A stretch of 64,000 nt of DNA from an uncultured Atribacterota bacterium (GTDB lineage Bacteria; Atribacterota; JALVIU01), in NCBI GenBank assembly GCA_964462295.1, contig CAYWXH010000002.1, forward strand, positions 1,303 through 65,302. Direction: 5' to 3'. The notes beneath the pieces are model-generated. The model saw only the letters and a list, made by a program, of their open reading frames with translations. It did not search any database and was not told the DNA's origin. The translations under genes and the position numbers were made by a program. Of this stretch, positions 47,295 to 56,365 are shown piece by piece (position 1 is the stretch's first letter; each line of letters starts with the position of its first letter).

Positions 47295-48093
47295 CTTTGG
47301 TCTTGCCGGGCTTATAGAGATAATAGAAAAATTAAGGGGAGAAGGAGGTTGCCCTTGGGATAGGGCTCAAGATTTAGATTCGATACGAGAAAACATAATG
47401 GAAGAAGCCAGAGAGGTGGTAGATGCCATAGATGAGGGGGATTCAAACCATCTGAAAGAAGAATTGGGAGATCTCTTGTTTCTTGTGCTTTTTGCAACCT
47501 CTATGGCAAAAGAGAAGGGTTTTTTTGATTACAAAGATGTTATAAAAGGTATCTCTTCCAAATTAATATATAGACACCCACATGTATTTGGTAATAAAAG
47601 TGCCGATACAAAAGAAGAGGCACTTTCTATATGGAAAGAGCAGAAAAACAAGGGTGCGCAGAAGGGGAAAGGTAAGAAACTACCATTTTTCTCTATTATG
47701 CTTAAATTAGAAGAAAAACTTCCCTTGTTGCTTAATGAAAACTTTGATATAATTATTGGGATAAAGAGAGGTGGTATTATACCTTCTTCTATTTTGGCTT
47801 ATAAGTTAGATTTGCCGCTTTCCTTTGTGGGATTAAGACTTTATGAGGATGGTCCTATGCCAAAGCGTATTTATAAAAATCCTGAAGTTTTGGATATACC
47901 TCCTCATGACCTCCTAAAGGGTAAAAAGGTATTATTGGTAGATGATATAGAAAATACGGGTGATACTATGAGAAAGGCAAAAGAGATAGTATCTCCTTCG
48001 GTAAAAGATATAAAGACTTTCTCTGTAATAGGTAAACATACAGATTATTATCTTTTCCTAAAAGAAGGGTGTGTAAAGCTGCCATGGTTTTAA
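47278..48093 (+). CDS. Fusion of a single MazG-type NTP pyrophosphohydrolase domain with a Gpt-like type I phosphoribosyltransferase domain
   Basis: N-terminus CPWDRAQDLDSIRENIMEEAREVVDAI...LKEELGDLLFLVLF...KLIYRHPHVFG (MazG motifs). C-terminus IIIGIKRGGIIPSSILAYKLDLP...KKVLLVDDIENTGDTMRKAKEIV...KLPWF, which tracks E. coli Gpt ([20 protein letters not shown]...FIVIDDLVDTGGTA...EQPWDM). Confidence 0.7.
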   Translation: MTKKDDFGLAGLIEIIEKLRGEGGCPWDRAQDLDSIRENIMEEAREVVDAIDEGDSNHLKEELGDLLFLVLFATSMAKEKGFFDYKDVIKGISSKLIYRHPHVFGNKSADTKEEALSIWKEQKNKGAQKGKGKKLPFFSIMLKLEEKLPLLLNENFDIIIGIKRGGIIPSSILAYKLDLPLSFVGLRLYEDGPMPKRIYKNPEVLDIPPHDLLKGKKVLLVDDIENTGDTMRKAKEIVSPSVKDIKTFSVIGKHTDYYLFLKEGCVKLPWF

Positions 48094-49628
48094 AGCGAAT
48101 TATTTTATATTTCCTTTTATTTTCCATCTTTTTTCTTTTTATGCCTTTTTCTTCATTTGCTAGAGAGATAAAAAAGGGTAAAGATATAGAAGATATTATT
48201 ATAACCAACCTTCAAGAACAACTTAAAGTAGAGGTATTTTATAGAAAAAAAAGTGGAAGTATATTTTCTGGATTTAGTTTTTATGATGTTTCTATTTATA
48301 AAAATAATAAAGAAATTTTAAAGATCAAAAAATTAGTTTGGAAGCCCAATATAAAAAAGGTTTTAAATCCTCTTGCCTTACTCAAGTCTTTCTCTATTCA
48401 ATGTGTAAATCCTGTCTTTATATATTATCAAAATAAAAGTGATATGGGACATTATCCAAATTTAAATATTGACACATTTAAGGATTTTTTTAAAAAAATA
48501 AGGGATTATGACATAGAGATAAATATAGTAAAAGGATATATAAAGGGATTATATAAATTTCCTATCTACCTAAATGGTAGGATAAAATGGAAAAAGATGC
48601 TATCTTTTAATGATTTTAATTTAAGAATAAAAGAGGAAAATAGTAATTTGAATATAAATGGTGATCTTGATCCATTACTTAAAAATGAGAGTACATCACT
48701 TAGTGTGAAAGCTTCTCATATACCATCTTTTATCCCTTCTTATTTTAAGGGAAAGATGAGTTTTGTCCTTTCTTTTTCCCCTTTGAATGATAATTTAAAG
48801 ACTCAAGGTAGGGTAGATTTAGAAAAGGGTTGTGTATATATAAAAGAAGGTAGTGATATAGATAGATTCTTCTTAAATCCTTACCTTGATTTAATAGTAA
48901 AGGCAGATAAAAATATAGAGATAAAAGGTGGTAAATCTTATGATTTTATAGGTAAGGGTTTGTTTAGAGTAGGTTCTTCTCTCAAGATTCCTAAGATAAC
49001 AGGAAAGTTTTTTATTGACACAGGGAAGATTCTTTTTGGAAATAGGTATTTCAAAGTAACCTCAGGTACCATTGAATTTACAGATTTTACTTATCTTAAT
49101 CCATTGATTAACATAAGTGCACAAGGAAATATAGATGGTGTAAAGATATTTGCTCAGATAGGTGGCTTTGCAAGGGCTCCAAAGGTAAGACTTACCTCTA
49201 TACCTTATTTTTCTCAAGATGAGCTTTCTTCTCTTATAGTACTAGGCACAAAAATAGAGGATTATCAAAGAGAGAACCTTAATGAATTTTTAACAGGAGA
49301 ATCTTTAAATATAGCCTTTAGAAGTTTAAGTTTAAAGTTTATGAATTCATTAAATGAAATAGGGAGAAAATATTTTGGATTAGATACATTATCTTTAGAA
49401 CCCTCTTTTGAGGTATACAAAGAGGATATAATAAAAACAAGACTTACATTAAAGGTAGGAAAATATATAGGAAAAGATTTCTATATAAAATACGAAAGAG
49501 TTCTTACTCCCTATGTTAATGACATCTTTGGTTTTGAACTTTATCCTGGGAAAGGGTTTTATTTTGATTTTTCAATAGATAAAAAGAGTAATATTCAAGT
49601 AGAATTAGTCTATGAATATACATTTTAG
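48069..49628 (+). CDS. Short TamB-like (DUF490 C-terminal) outer-membrane assembly protein
   Basis: N-terminal TM/signal anchor. The C-terminus (VGKYIGKDFYIKYERVL...IQVELVYEYTF) matches the TamB end signature (LGKYL..LYVSYG...DLLYRIEF). Directly upstream of bamA. Confidence 0.5.
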   Translation: MCKAAMVLKRIILYFLLFSIFFLFMPFSSFAREIKKGKDIEDIIITNLQEQLKVEVFYRKKSGSIFSGFSFYDVSIYKNNKEILKIKKLVWKPNIKKVLNPLALLKSFSIQCVNPVFIYYQNKSDMGHYPNLNIDTFKDFFKKIRDYDIEINIVKGYIKGLYKFPIYLNGRIKWKKMLSFNDFNLRIKEENSNLNINGDLDPLLKNESTSLSVKASHIPSFIPSYFKGKMSFVLSFSPLNDNLKTQGRVDLEKGCVYIKEGSDIDRFFLNPYLDLIVKADKNIEIKGGKSYDFIGKGLFRVGSSLKIPKITGKFFIDTGKILFGNRYFKVTSGTIEFTDFTYLNPLINISAQGNIDGVKIFAQIGGFARAPKVRLTSIPYFSQDELSSLIVLGTKIEDYQRENLNEFLTGESLNIAFRSLSLKFMNSLNEIGRKYFGLDTLSLEPSFEVYKEDIIKTRLTLKVGKYIGKDFYIKYERVLTPYVNDIFGFELYPGKGFYFDFSIDKKSNIQVELVYEYTF

Positions 49629-49691
49629 GGTAGCCTTATTTGTAAAAGTATGGTAAAATATATTCAATCTTAAATTTTACCTGTAACTATA

Positions 49692-49720
49692 TTGAAATAT
49701 TAGGTTTTTTAAAATATTAA
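49692..49720 (+). promoter_or_regulatory. Sigma-70-like promoter upstream of bamA
   Basis: TTGAAA (49692-49697), a 17-nt spacer, then TATTAA (49715-49720). About 25 nt upstream of the bamA start region. Confidence 0.45.
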
Positions 49721-49741
49721 ACTTTAAATTGAAAGGAGGTC

Positions 49742-51421
49742 TTGATTTTGAATAAAAAGATATTATTTTTTCTTGTGACAATTTTGGTTGTACTTATTTT
49801 TTCTTCTCTTGCATTTAGTCAGGCACGATACAAAGTATTAAAGATAGAAATTCAAGGAAACAAAAATATAGCTACCTCTTATATACTAACCGCCATTAAT
49901 ATGAAAATAGGTGACTATATTGCCAAGGCAGATATCCAAAAAGAGATTCAAAACATTATGAACCTTGGATATTTTCAAGAAGTGAAAGCTAAGGCTTTTC
50001 CAGAAAAAGATGGCGTGAGGGTAGTTTTTATAGTGAGAGAAAATCCAGTAATTAAATCTATTACAATTAAAGGTTCTACAGTATTTTCTGAGGATGAATT
50101 AAAAAATATCATGATTCTGGCCCCAGGTCAGGTATTAAATAAAAAGATTTTAAATCGAGACCTAAATAGAATTACAAAATACTATCAGGAAAAGGGCTAT
50201 ATTCTTTCTGGTATCGGGAGTATAAAATTTGAAAATGGAAATTTGACCATTACCCTTTTTGAAGGCATTTTAGATAAAATTGATATAATAGGAGACATAA
50301 AAGTTAAAGAATGGGTTGTACGTAAGGCTTTAAACCTGAAAACAGGAGAGCTTTTTAATTTTAATAAGGTAAAAAAGGCCTTACAGAGGGTTTACAATCT
50401 TGGATTTTTTAATGATGTAAAGATGAAAATTTTAAAGGGAAGTAGTCCCGAGAAGTTAACCCTTGAAATTATCTTAGAGGAGAAAAATACAGGAAAAGCA
50501 GGTATAGGAATAGGTTATAATACTGAACAGGGCCTTTTGGGTTTCATTTCCTATTCTGAGAAGAATTTTGGTGGTAATGCACAGGAAATTACAGCAAAAT
50601 GGGAATTTGGCGCAAGAACTACATATAAGGTTTCCTTCTATGACCCTTGGTTTTTAAAATCTAACAATTCTTTTAAGCTTGAAGTTTATGATACTGCAAA
50701 AAGTCATAAAAATTACGGTGATTCTGGTGATGTTATAGGAGAATACAAAGAAGAACGAATAGGGGGAGATATTACTATAGGAACCCCGATAAATGAAGAT
50801 ATGAAACTTTATCTTACGTATAAGGCCGAAAATGTTACAATTACCCCAATAGAGGGAGAGACCCCAGATGATCTAGCAGGCAAAATAAGATCTCTTACTC
50901 CTGTATTTGTGTATGATACGAGAGATAATATCTTTGATCCTAAAAAAGGTACTTATGATGTTGTATCCTTAGAATATGCAGGAGGATTTTTAGATGGAGA
51001 TTATGACTTTTTAAAGGTAAGTGGAACATTTGCAGGATATTTTAATGTGATAAGTGATCAGGTATTAGCCCTTAGAGTTATGGGAGGTACTGCCAATGCT
51101 TCATTACCATCCTTTGAAAAATTTGAATTGGGTGGAGTAAATACCTTAAGGGGCTATAATTTGGGAGAATTTAGAGGCGATAATATGCTTTTGTTTAATT
51201 TGGAATACCGTATTCCCCTTGCTACTAATTTTCAGGGTGTGCTGTTTGTAGATTATGGAAGCGTATGGGATTATGGTGCATCTTTAGATTTTGATGACTT
51301 TAAGCTTGGTAAGGGCATAGGCATAAGGGTAGATACCCCATTGGGTCCTATAAGATTAGACTATGGTATGTCTGAGGAGAGACATGGTAGTCTCTATTTC
51401 AGCATAGGTCATACATTTTAG
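49742..51421 (+). CDS. bamA: Outer membrane protein assembly factor BamA (Omp85 family, reduced POTRA set)
   Basis: Signal peptide, POTRA-like repeats (VLKIEIQGNKNIATSYI...IQKEIQNIMNLGYFQEV), a 16-strand barrel region ending in the aromatic beta-signal (YFSIGHTF). The likely start is TTG 49748, which has better GGAGG spacing. Confidence 0.85.
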   Translation: MILNKKILFFLVTILVVLIFSSLAFSQARYKVLKIEIQGNKNIATSYILTAINMKIGDYIAKADIQKEIQNIMNLGYFQEVKAKAFPEKDGVRVVFIVRENPVIKSITIKGSTVFSEDELKNIMILAPGQVLNKKILNRDLNRITKYYQEKGYILSGIGSIKFENGNLTITLFEGILDKIDIIGDIKVKEWVVRKALNLKTGELFNFNKVKKALQRVYNLGFFNDVKMKILKGSSPEKLTLEIILEEKNTGKAGIGIGYNTEQGLLGFISYSEKNFGGNAQEITAKWEFGARTTYKVSFYDPWFLKSNNSFKLEVYDTAKSHKNYGDSGDVIGEYKEERIGGDITIGTPINEDMKLYLTYKAENVTITPIEGETPDDLAGKIRSLTPVFVYDTRDNIFDPKKGTYDVVSLEYAGGFLDGDYDFLKVSGTFAGYFNVISDQVLALRVMGGTANASLPSFEKFELGGVNTLRGYNLGEFRGDNMLLFNLEYRIPLATNFQGVLFVDYGSVWDYGASLDFDDFKLGKGIGIRVDTPLGPIRLDYGMSEERHGSLYFSIGHTF

Positions 51422-51453
51422 ATTTAGATAATTAAGAATGGAGGTTTTTTAAA

Positions 51454-51960
51454 ATGAAAAAATTTGGATTATTTTTTACCGTAATTTTTCTAAGTATTTT
51501 TGTTATATCACTTACTCCATCTTTTGGGGCAAGTTTTAAGGTAGGTTTTGTGGATATGGTTAGGGTATATAAAGAACATCCTTTAAGTGAAAAGATTATT
51601 CAGTTAAATGAAAAGCTTCAAAGTGAATTTAGAAAAAGGCAGATAGAGCTTAATGAGGCTGGAAAGGGCAAAACTCCTGAAGAGGTGAAGGCTTTAGAAG
51701 AAAAGTATAACAAAGAGTGGACACCTATCAAAGAGAAAATGCTTACCCAGATAAAGAACTTAGAAAATCAGAGAAAAAAGAGCATTATAGATGCTATAAG
51801 GACTATAGCTAAGAAGCTTAAACTCTCTTTGGTTTTAAGAAGTGAGGTAAATATACCTTTAAATAAGGGTGGGGCTTTGGATTATCCTATAGTACTTTAC
51901 GGAGGAGTAGATATTACAGAACAGGTAATAGTGGAGATTAATAAAACTCATAAAAAATAA
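51454..51960 (+). CDS. skp: Periplasmic chaperone Skp (OmpH)
   Basis: Signal peptide plus a long coiled-coil K/E-rich body of about 165 aa. Canonical position between bamA and lpxD. Confidence 0.75.
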   Translation: MKKFGLFFTVIFLSIFVISLTPSFGASFKVGFVDMVRVYKEHPLSEKIIQLNEKLQSEFRKRQIELNEAGKGKTPEEVKALEEKYNKEWTPIKEKMLTQIKNLENQRKKSIIDAIRTIAKKLKLSLVLRSEVNIPLNKGGALDYPIVLYGGVDITEQVIVEINKTHKK

Positions 51961-53009
51961 TGAAATTTAAAAAAACCGTAAAGGAAATTCATAAGCTTAT
52001 AGGGGGAGAGATTATTGGAGACCAAAATTTTGTGGTCTCCAATATTTCTTCTTTAGAAAATATAAAAAAGGGTAGTATACTATTTATAAAGTCAAAGAAA
52101 TATATTCCTTCTTATATCCCTCAAGATATATTGCTTGTAACCTCAAAGAAACTCTCACCCTTTATCTCCTTTTCAACCAAAGCAAGAATCTATGTAGATA
52201 ATGTGGAAGAATCTTTTTTAAAAATATTAACTGAATTTTATCCCTTAAAACACCCTACTGGTATCTCTTCTACCGCTATGTTAGGTAAGAATATAACACT
52301 AGGTAAAAATGTTTATATAGGAGAGTGGGTAAAAGTAGAAGATAATGTGGTTATAGGTGATAATGTAAAGATTTATCCAGGTAGCTATATAGGAAAAAAT
52401 GTAAAAATTGGACAAGATACAGTTGTTTACCCTCATGTAGTAATATTGGATGGTGTCCAGATCGGAGACCATTGTCTTATTCAAGCTAGTACTGTTTTGG
52501 GTGGATATGGATTTGGTTATACAAAATTAAATGATATATATAAGAGAATACCTCAAATAGGCGGTCTTATAATAGAGGACTATGTAGAGATTGGCCCTCT
52601 CTGCGTAATAGATAGAGGTGCTATTGAGGATACGATAATAAAACGAGGAACAAAGATAGATGCTTTAGTAAAAATAGCCCATAATGTAGTAATTGGGGAA
52701 AATAGTATAATTACTGCTCAGGTTGGTATAGCAGGGAGTACTAAGTTAGGAAGAAATGTTATAATGGGAGGCCAATCAGGTATAGCTGATCATATAACAG
52801 TAGGAGATGATGTAGTTATTGCGGCAGATTCTGGAGTTGTTAGTGATATCCCTTCTGGATCCTTTGTTTCAGGAAGTCCTGCAGTAGACCATATAAAGGA
52901 TTATAAATCAAAGGCTGTCATGTATAAACTTCCCGAATTTGCGAGGACTTTAAAAAAAATAGAAAAGGAATTAGAAGAAGTAAAAAGGACTATTTTAAAA
53001 GATGAATAA
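51960..53009 (+). CDS. lpxD: UDP-3-O-acylglucosamine N-acyltransferase LpxD
   Basis: Extended hexapeptide left-handed beta-helix repeats (IGDNVKIYPGSYIGKNVKIG...). About 350 aa. Lies after skp. Confidence 0.85.
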   Translation: MKFKKTVKEIHKLIGGEIIGDQNFVVSNISSLENIKKGSILFIKSKKYIPSYIPQDILLVTSKKLSPFISFSTKARIYVDNVEESFLKILTEFYPLKHPTGISSTAMLGKNITLGKNVYIGEWVKVEDNVVIGDNVKIYPGSYIGKNVKIGQDTVVYPHVVILDGVQIGDHCLIQASTVLGGYGFGYTKLNDIYKRIPQIGGLIIEDYVEIGPLCVIDRGAIEDTIIKRGTKIDALVKIAHNVVIGENSIITAQVGIAGSTKLGRNVIMGGQSGIADHITVGDDVVIAADSGVVSDIPSGSFVSGSPAVDHIKDYKSKAVMYKLPEFARTLKKIEKELEEVKRTILKDE

Positions 53010-53556
53010 AGCCGGAAATATCATCTTTAAATTTCGAGGGCTAATTCCCATTCCATTTTTTCTCTTAATATATTTTTTTTCACATCCTACAAAAGGATCT
53101 ATTACTCTTGGGGTTTTTATACTTTTCTTTGGAGAGCTTTTAAGATTTTGGGCAGCAGGTTATATTAGGAAATATAGAACTTTAGAGGTTGATTCTCCTG
53201 AACTTGTAACATATGGCCCATATGGTTATGTAAGAAACCCTCTATATATAGGTAATTTTTTTATAGGCCTTGGAATCTCTGTTATGGCTAATATCTTTCT
53301 TGGGTATCTTTTATTTTTTATAATATATTTTTTTGGATATAGTATTATTATTCCTCTTGAAGAGGAATTTTTGAAGAAAAAATGGAAAGATGACTATATA
53401 AACTATATGAATCATGTGAAGAGAGTTATACCTACTTTTCGACCGTATAAGCAAAAGAAGGGTTTTGATTTTTTTTCTGCATTAAAAAGCGAGAAAAGCA
53501 CCTTTTTAATAGAGTTGACAGTATTAGTTTTATTCCTACTGAGATTAAAATCATGA
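53002..53556 (+). CDS. Isoprenylcysteine carboxyl methyltransferase (ICMT/Ste14)-family membrane methyltransferase; LmtA-like candidate
   Basis: Multi-TM protein with LVTYGPYGYVRNPLYIGNFF, matching the ICMT motif G.Y...RHP.Y (here RNP). Inserted between lpxD and lpxC with overlapping start and stop. Confidence 0.6.
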   Translation: MNKAGNIIFKFRGLIPIPFFLLIYFFSHPTKGSITLGVFILFFGELLRFWAAGYIRKYRTLEVDSPELVTYGPYGYVRNPLYIGNFFIGLGISVMANIFLGYLLFFIIYFFGYSIIIPLEEEFLKKKWKDDYINYMNHVKRVIPTFRPYKQKKGFDFFSALKSEKSTFLIELTVLVLFLLRLKS

Positions 53557-54368
53557 GAGAAAAAACCATAAAAAAAAGCATATCAATAGAAGGTATAGGA
53601 CTTCATACAGGAAAGATAGGTAAGATAACTCTTTTCCCTTCCCCACAAGGGACTGGTATAATTTTTCGAGATGTTTTTACAAATAGGGATGTGGTAGCTT
53701 CATTGGATAATGTAGTAGGAACAAGAAGAGGTATAATACTTGGAAATAATGGGACAAGGGTAAGGACCCCTGAGCACCTTCTTGCTGCTTTATATGTTAA
53801 GGGAATAACTAATGTGCTTATAGAATATGAAAATGAAATCCCTATTTTAGATGGAAGTGCAAAATTGTTTGTAGAACTTATTGAAAAGGCGGGAATCTTA
53901 GAGCAAAATGTAGAGAGAGAAGCGTATAAGGTAAAAGGACCAATTTTCTTACGAGAAAAAGATAAATTGTTAGTAGCTTTACCATCTAAGCAGCTAAGGA
54001 TAAGATATTTAATAGATTATCCAGGGACATATATAGAGTCAGAATATTATGATTTTCTATTTAGTGAGGATAAGTTTGAAAGGGATATTTCTATGGCCAA
54101 AACCTTTGGATTTTATGATGAGATTGAGGCCCTCAGGGATGCTGGGCTCTCCCTTGGAGGTAGCCTAAATAATGCTATTGTAGTAGATAAAAATAGAATT
54201 TTAGGTACACTTTCTACAGAAAGAGAATTTGTAAAACATAAAATTATAGATTTTTTGGGTGATATTTCTCTTACAAATAAATTTTTGATTGGAGATTTTG
54301 TGCTTATAAAAACGGGACACAAAATGCATATTGAAATGGCGAAGAAATTAAAAGAGATGGGAGGGTAA
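53553..54368 (+). CDS. lpxC: UDP-3-O-acyl-GlcNAc deacetylase LpxC
   Basis: TIKKSISIEGIGLHTGK N-terminus, HLLAAL motif and HKMH zinc ligands near the C-terminus. Confidence 0.9.
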   Translation: MREKTIKKSISIEGIGLHTGKIGKITLFPSPQGTGIIFRDVFTNRDVVASLDNVVGTRRGIILGNNGTRVRTPEHLLAALYVKGITNVLIEYENEIPILDGSAKLFVELIEKAGILEQNVEREAYKVKGPIFLREKDKLLVALPSKQLRIRYLIDYPGTYIESEYYDFLFSEDKFERDISMAKTFGFYDEIEALRDAGLSLGGSLNNAIVVDKNRILGTLSTEREFVKHKIIDFLGDISLTNKFLIGDFVLIKTGHKMHIEMAKKLKEMGG

Positions 54369-54369
54369 T

Positions 54370-54801
54370 ATGCTTAACGCAAAAGAGATATTAGATATTT
54401 TACCTCATAGGTATCCGTTTCTTTTAGTGGATAAGGTAGAGGAAATTACTCAAGATAGGGTAAAAGGGTATAAATGCGTTTCTTTTAATGAACCATTTTT
54501 TCAAGGGCATTTTCCAGGAAATCCTGTAATGCCAGGAGTTCTTATAGTAGAGGCTATGGCTCAGATAGGAGCATTTCTTGTACTTGCAAATCCTGAATAT
54601 AAAGATAAACTTGCATACCTTATTGGAGTGGATAAGGCAAGGTTTAGAAAACCGGTATTCCCAGGAAGTAAGTTAGAATTGGAGGCAGAACTTTTACGTT
54701 TTCGGGGAGTTGTTGGCAAGATAAAGACCCAAGCAGTAGTAGATGGAGAGGTTGTGGCAGAGGCGGAGATTATGTTTAGTCTGACGGATAGGAGCAAGTA
54801 A
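54370..54801 (+). CDS. fabZ: 3-hydroxyacyl-ACP dehydratase FabZ
   Basis: LPHRYPFLLVDKV...FFQGHFPGNPVMPGVLIVEAMAQ is the canonical FabZ hot-dog sequence. Confidence 0.95.
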   Translation: MLNAKEILDILPHRYPFLLVDKVEEITQDRVKGYKCVSFNEPFFQGHFPGNPVMPGVLIVEAMAQIGAFLVLANPEYKDKLAYLIGVDKARFRKPVFPGSKLELEAELLRFRGVVGKIKTQAVVDGEVVAEAEIMFSLTDRSK

Positions 54802-55571
54802 TGGGAATACATCCAACAGCTGTAATATCAAAAGGGGTAATTATGGGGAAAAATGTCTCTATTGGTCCCTATGCTGTAATAGAAGGGGATGTGACAATAG
54901 GGGATAATGTAGAGATAGGACCAGCTGTATATGTAACAGGAAAGACTAAAATTTCTGATAAGGTGCAGATAGGAAAAGGTTCAGTGATAGGAACACCTCC
55001 CCAAGATAGGAGTTACAAAGGGGAAGATTCTTTAGTATATATAGGTAAAGAGACTATAATAAGAGAATATGTAACAATTCATAAGGCAACAGGTGAAGGG
55101 AATGTTACTGAGGTGGGGAATAATTGCTATATTATGGCATATGCTCATATTGCACATAATTGCAAACTTCATGATAATGTTACAATTGCAAATTATTCTG
55201 CACTTTCTGGATATGTTGAGGTAGGAGAACGTGCCTTTTTGAGTGGTTATGTAGGGGTACACCAATTTGTTAAAATAGGCAAGATAGCCATGATTGAAGG
55301 GTATTCTAAGATTACAAAGGATGTACTTCCCTATTCTTTGATAGCAGGAAATCCACCTAAACTTTTCAGTATAAATGTAGTAGGCCTCAGGAGGGCAGGT
55401 TATTCTAAAGAACAAATTTTTAGGATTGAAGAAGTTTTTAAATTGTTTTATAATAAAAAAAATACACTAACTTTTATAAAAGAACTCTTAAAGGAAAAAT
55501 ATATGGATTATGAAGAATTAATCAGTATATTAGATTTTTCCGAAGATAGTGCTCGAGGTATATTAAGATGA
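54801..55571 (+). CDS. lpxA: UDP-GlcNAc O-acyltransferase LpxA
   Basis: MGIHPTAVISKGVIMGKNVSIGPYAVIEG hexapeptide repeats, then a helical C-terminal domain. About 256 aa. Confidence 0.9.
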   Translation: MGIHPTAVISKGVIMGKNVSIGPYAVIEGDVTIGDNVEIGPAVYVTGKTKISDKVQIGKGSVIGTPPQDRSYKGEDSLVYIGKETIIREYVTIHKATGEGNVTEVGNNCYIMAYAHIAHNCKLHDNVTIANYSALSGYVEVGERAFLSGYVGVHQFVKIGKIAMIEGYSKITKDVLPYSLIAGNPPKLFSINVVGLRRAGYSKEQIFRIEEVFKLFYNKKNTLTFIKELLKEKYMDYEELISILDFSEDSARGILR

Positions 55572-56365
55572 AAATAGGACTTATAGCAGGCTATGGAAAA
55601 ATGGTAGATATAGTATCTAGTGCTCTTGAAAAAGAGGGACATGAGATAGTTTTTATAAATATTGCGAAGGATAGGGAAGCTGAAGGGGTATCTAATGAGA
55701 CCCATCTATATCTTGAAAATTTAGAGGATTTTTTAACTTTTTTAAAGAAAAATGCTATTACTCATATAGCTTTTGCAGGAAAAATAGATAAGACTAAAAT
55801 AATAAATAACTTCTCCTCTTCTTTTGAGGATAAATATCAAAATATAGATAAAGGAGATCTAAATCTTCTTATTGCATTTCAAACACTTTTAAAGGATTAT
55901 GGTATTGAGGTAGTCAATCTCAGTAAGTATTTAAAAAATTATATTACAGAAAAGAAGTTATATACTAATACTCCTCTTTCAAGTAAAGAAGAAGAAGATC
56001 TATATTTCGGTGCAAAAAGGGTAAAGATATTGGCCGATATGGAGATCGGACAAACAATGGTATTAAGGGATAAAATGATATATGCGGTAGAGGCTGTGGA
56101 AGGTACTAATGAATGCATAAGACGCGCAGGAGCCCTTGGTGCCAAAGGTGGGATAGTAATAAAAGTAGGCAGAACATCTCAGAGATTTGATATGGAAATC
56201 CCTGTAATTGGTTTTGAAACTGTAAAAGTAGCATCAGAGTCTGGGATGCGTATAGTAGCTATAGAATCAGGTAGGACACTTTTTATTGAAAGGAATAAGG
56301 CTATCTCTTTTGCTAATGAGATGGGGATAAAAATAGTAGGATTTTCCATAGAGGGTGAGATATGA
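55568..56365 (+). CDS. lpxI: UDP-2,3-diacylglucosamine hydrolase LpxI (DUF1009)-like
   Basis: About 265 aa. Its position between lpxA and lpxB matches the described LpxI locus. No lpxH-like calcineurin motifs. Confidence 0.6.
   Translation: MKIGLIAGYGKMVDIVSSALEKEGHEIVFINIAKDREAEGVSNETHLYLENLEDFLTFLKKNAITHIAFAGKIDKTKIINNFSSSFEDKYQNIDKGDLNLLIAFQTLLKDYGIEVVNLSKYLKNYITEKKLYTNTPLSSKEEEDLYFGAKRVKILADMEIGQTMVLRDKMIYAVEAVEGTNECIRRAGALGAKGGIVIKVGRTSQRFDMEIPVIGFETVKVASESGMRIVAIESGRTLFIERNKAISFANEMGIKIVGFSIEGEI

Noticed and set aside
56030-56041. An exact GCCGATAT sigma-28 -10 octamer inside lpxI
   Set aside because: There is no TAAA -35 at the required spacing, and it lies inside a coding region of a non-flagellar operon. 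It is a chance match.
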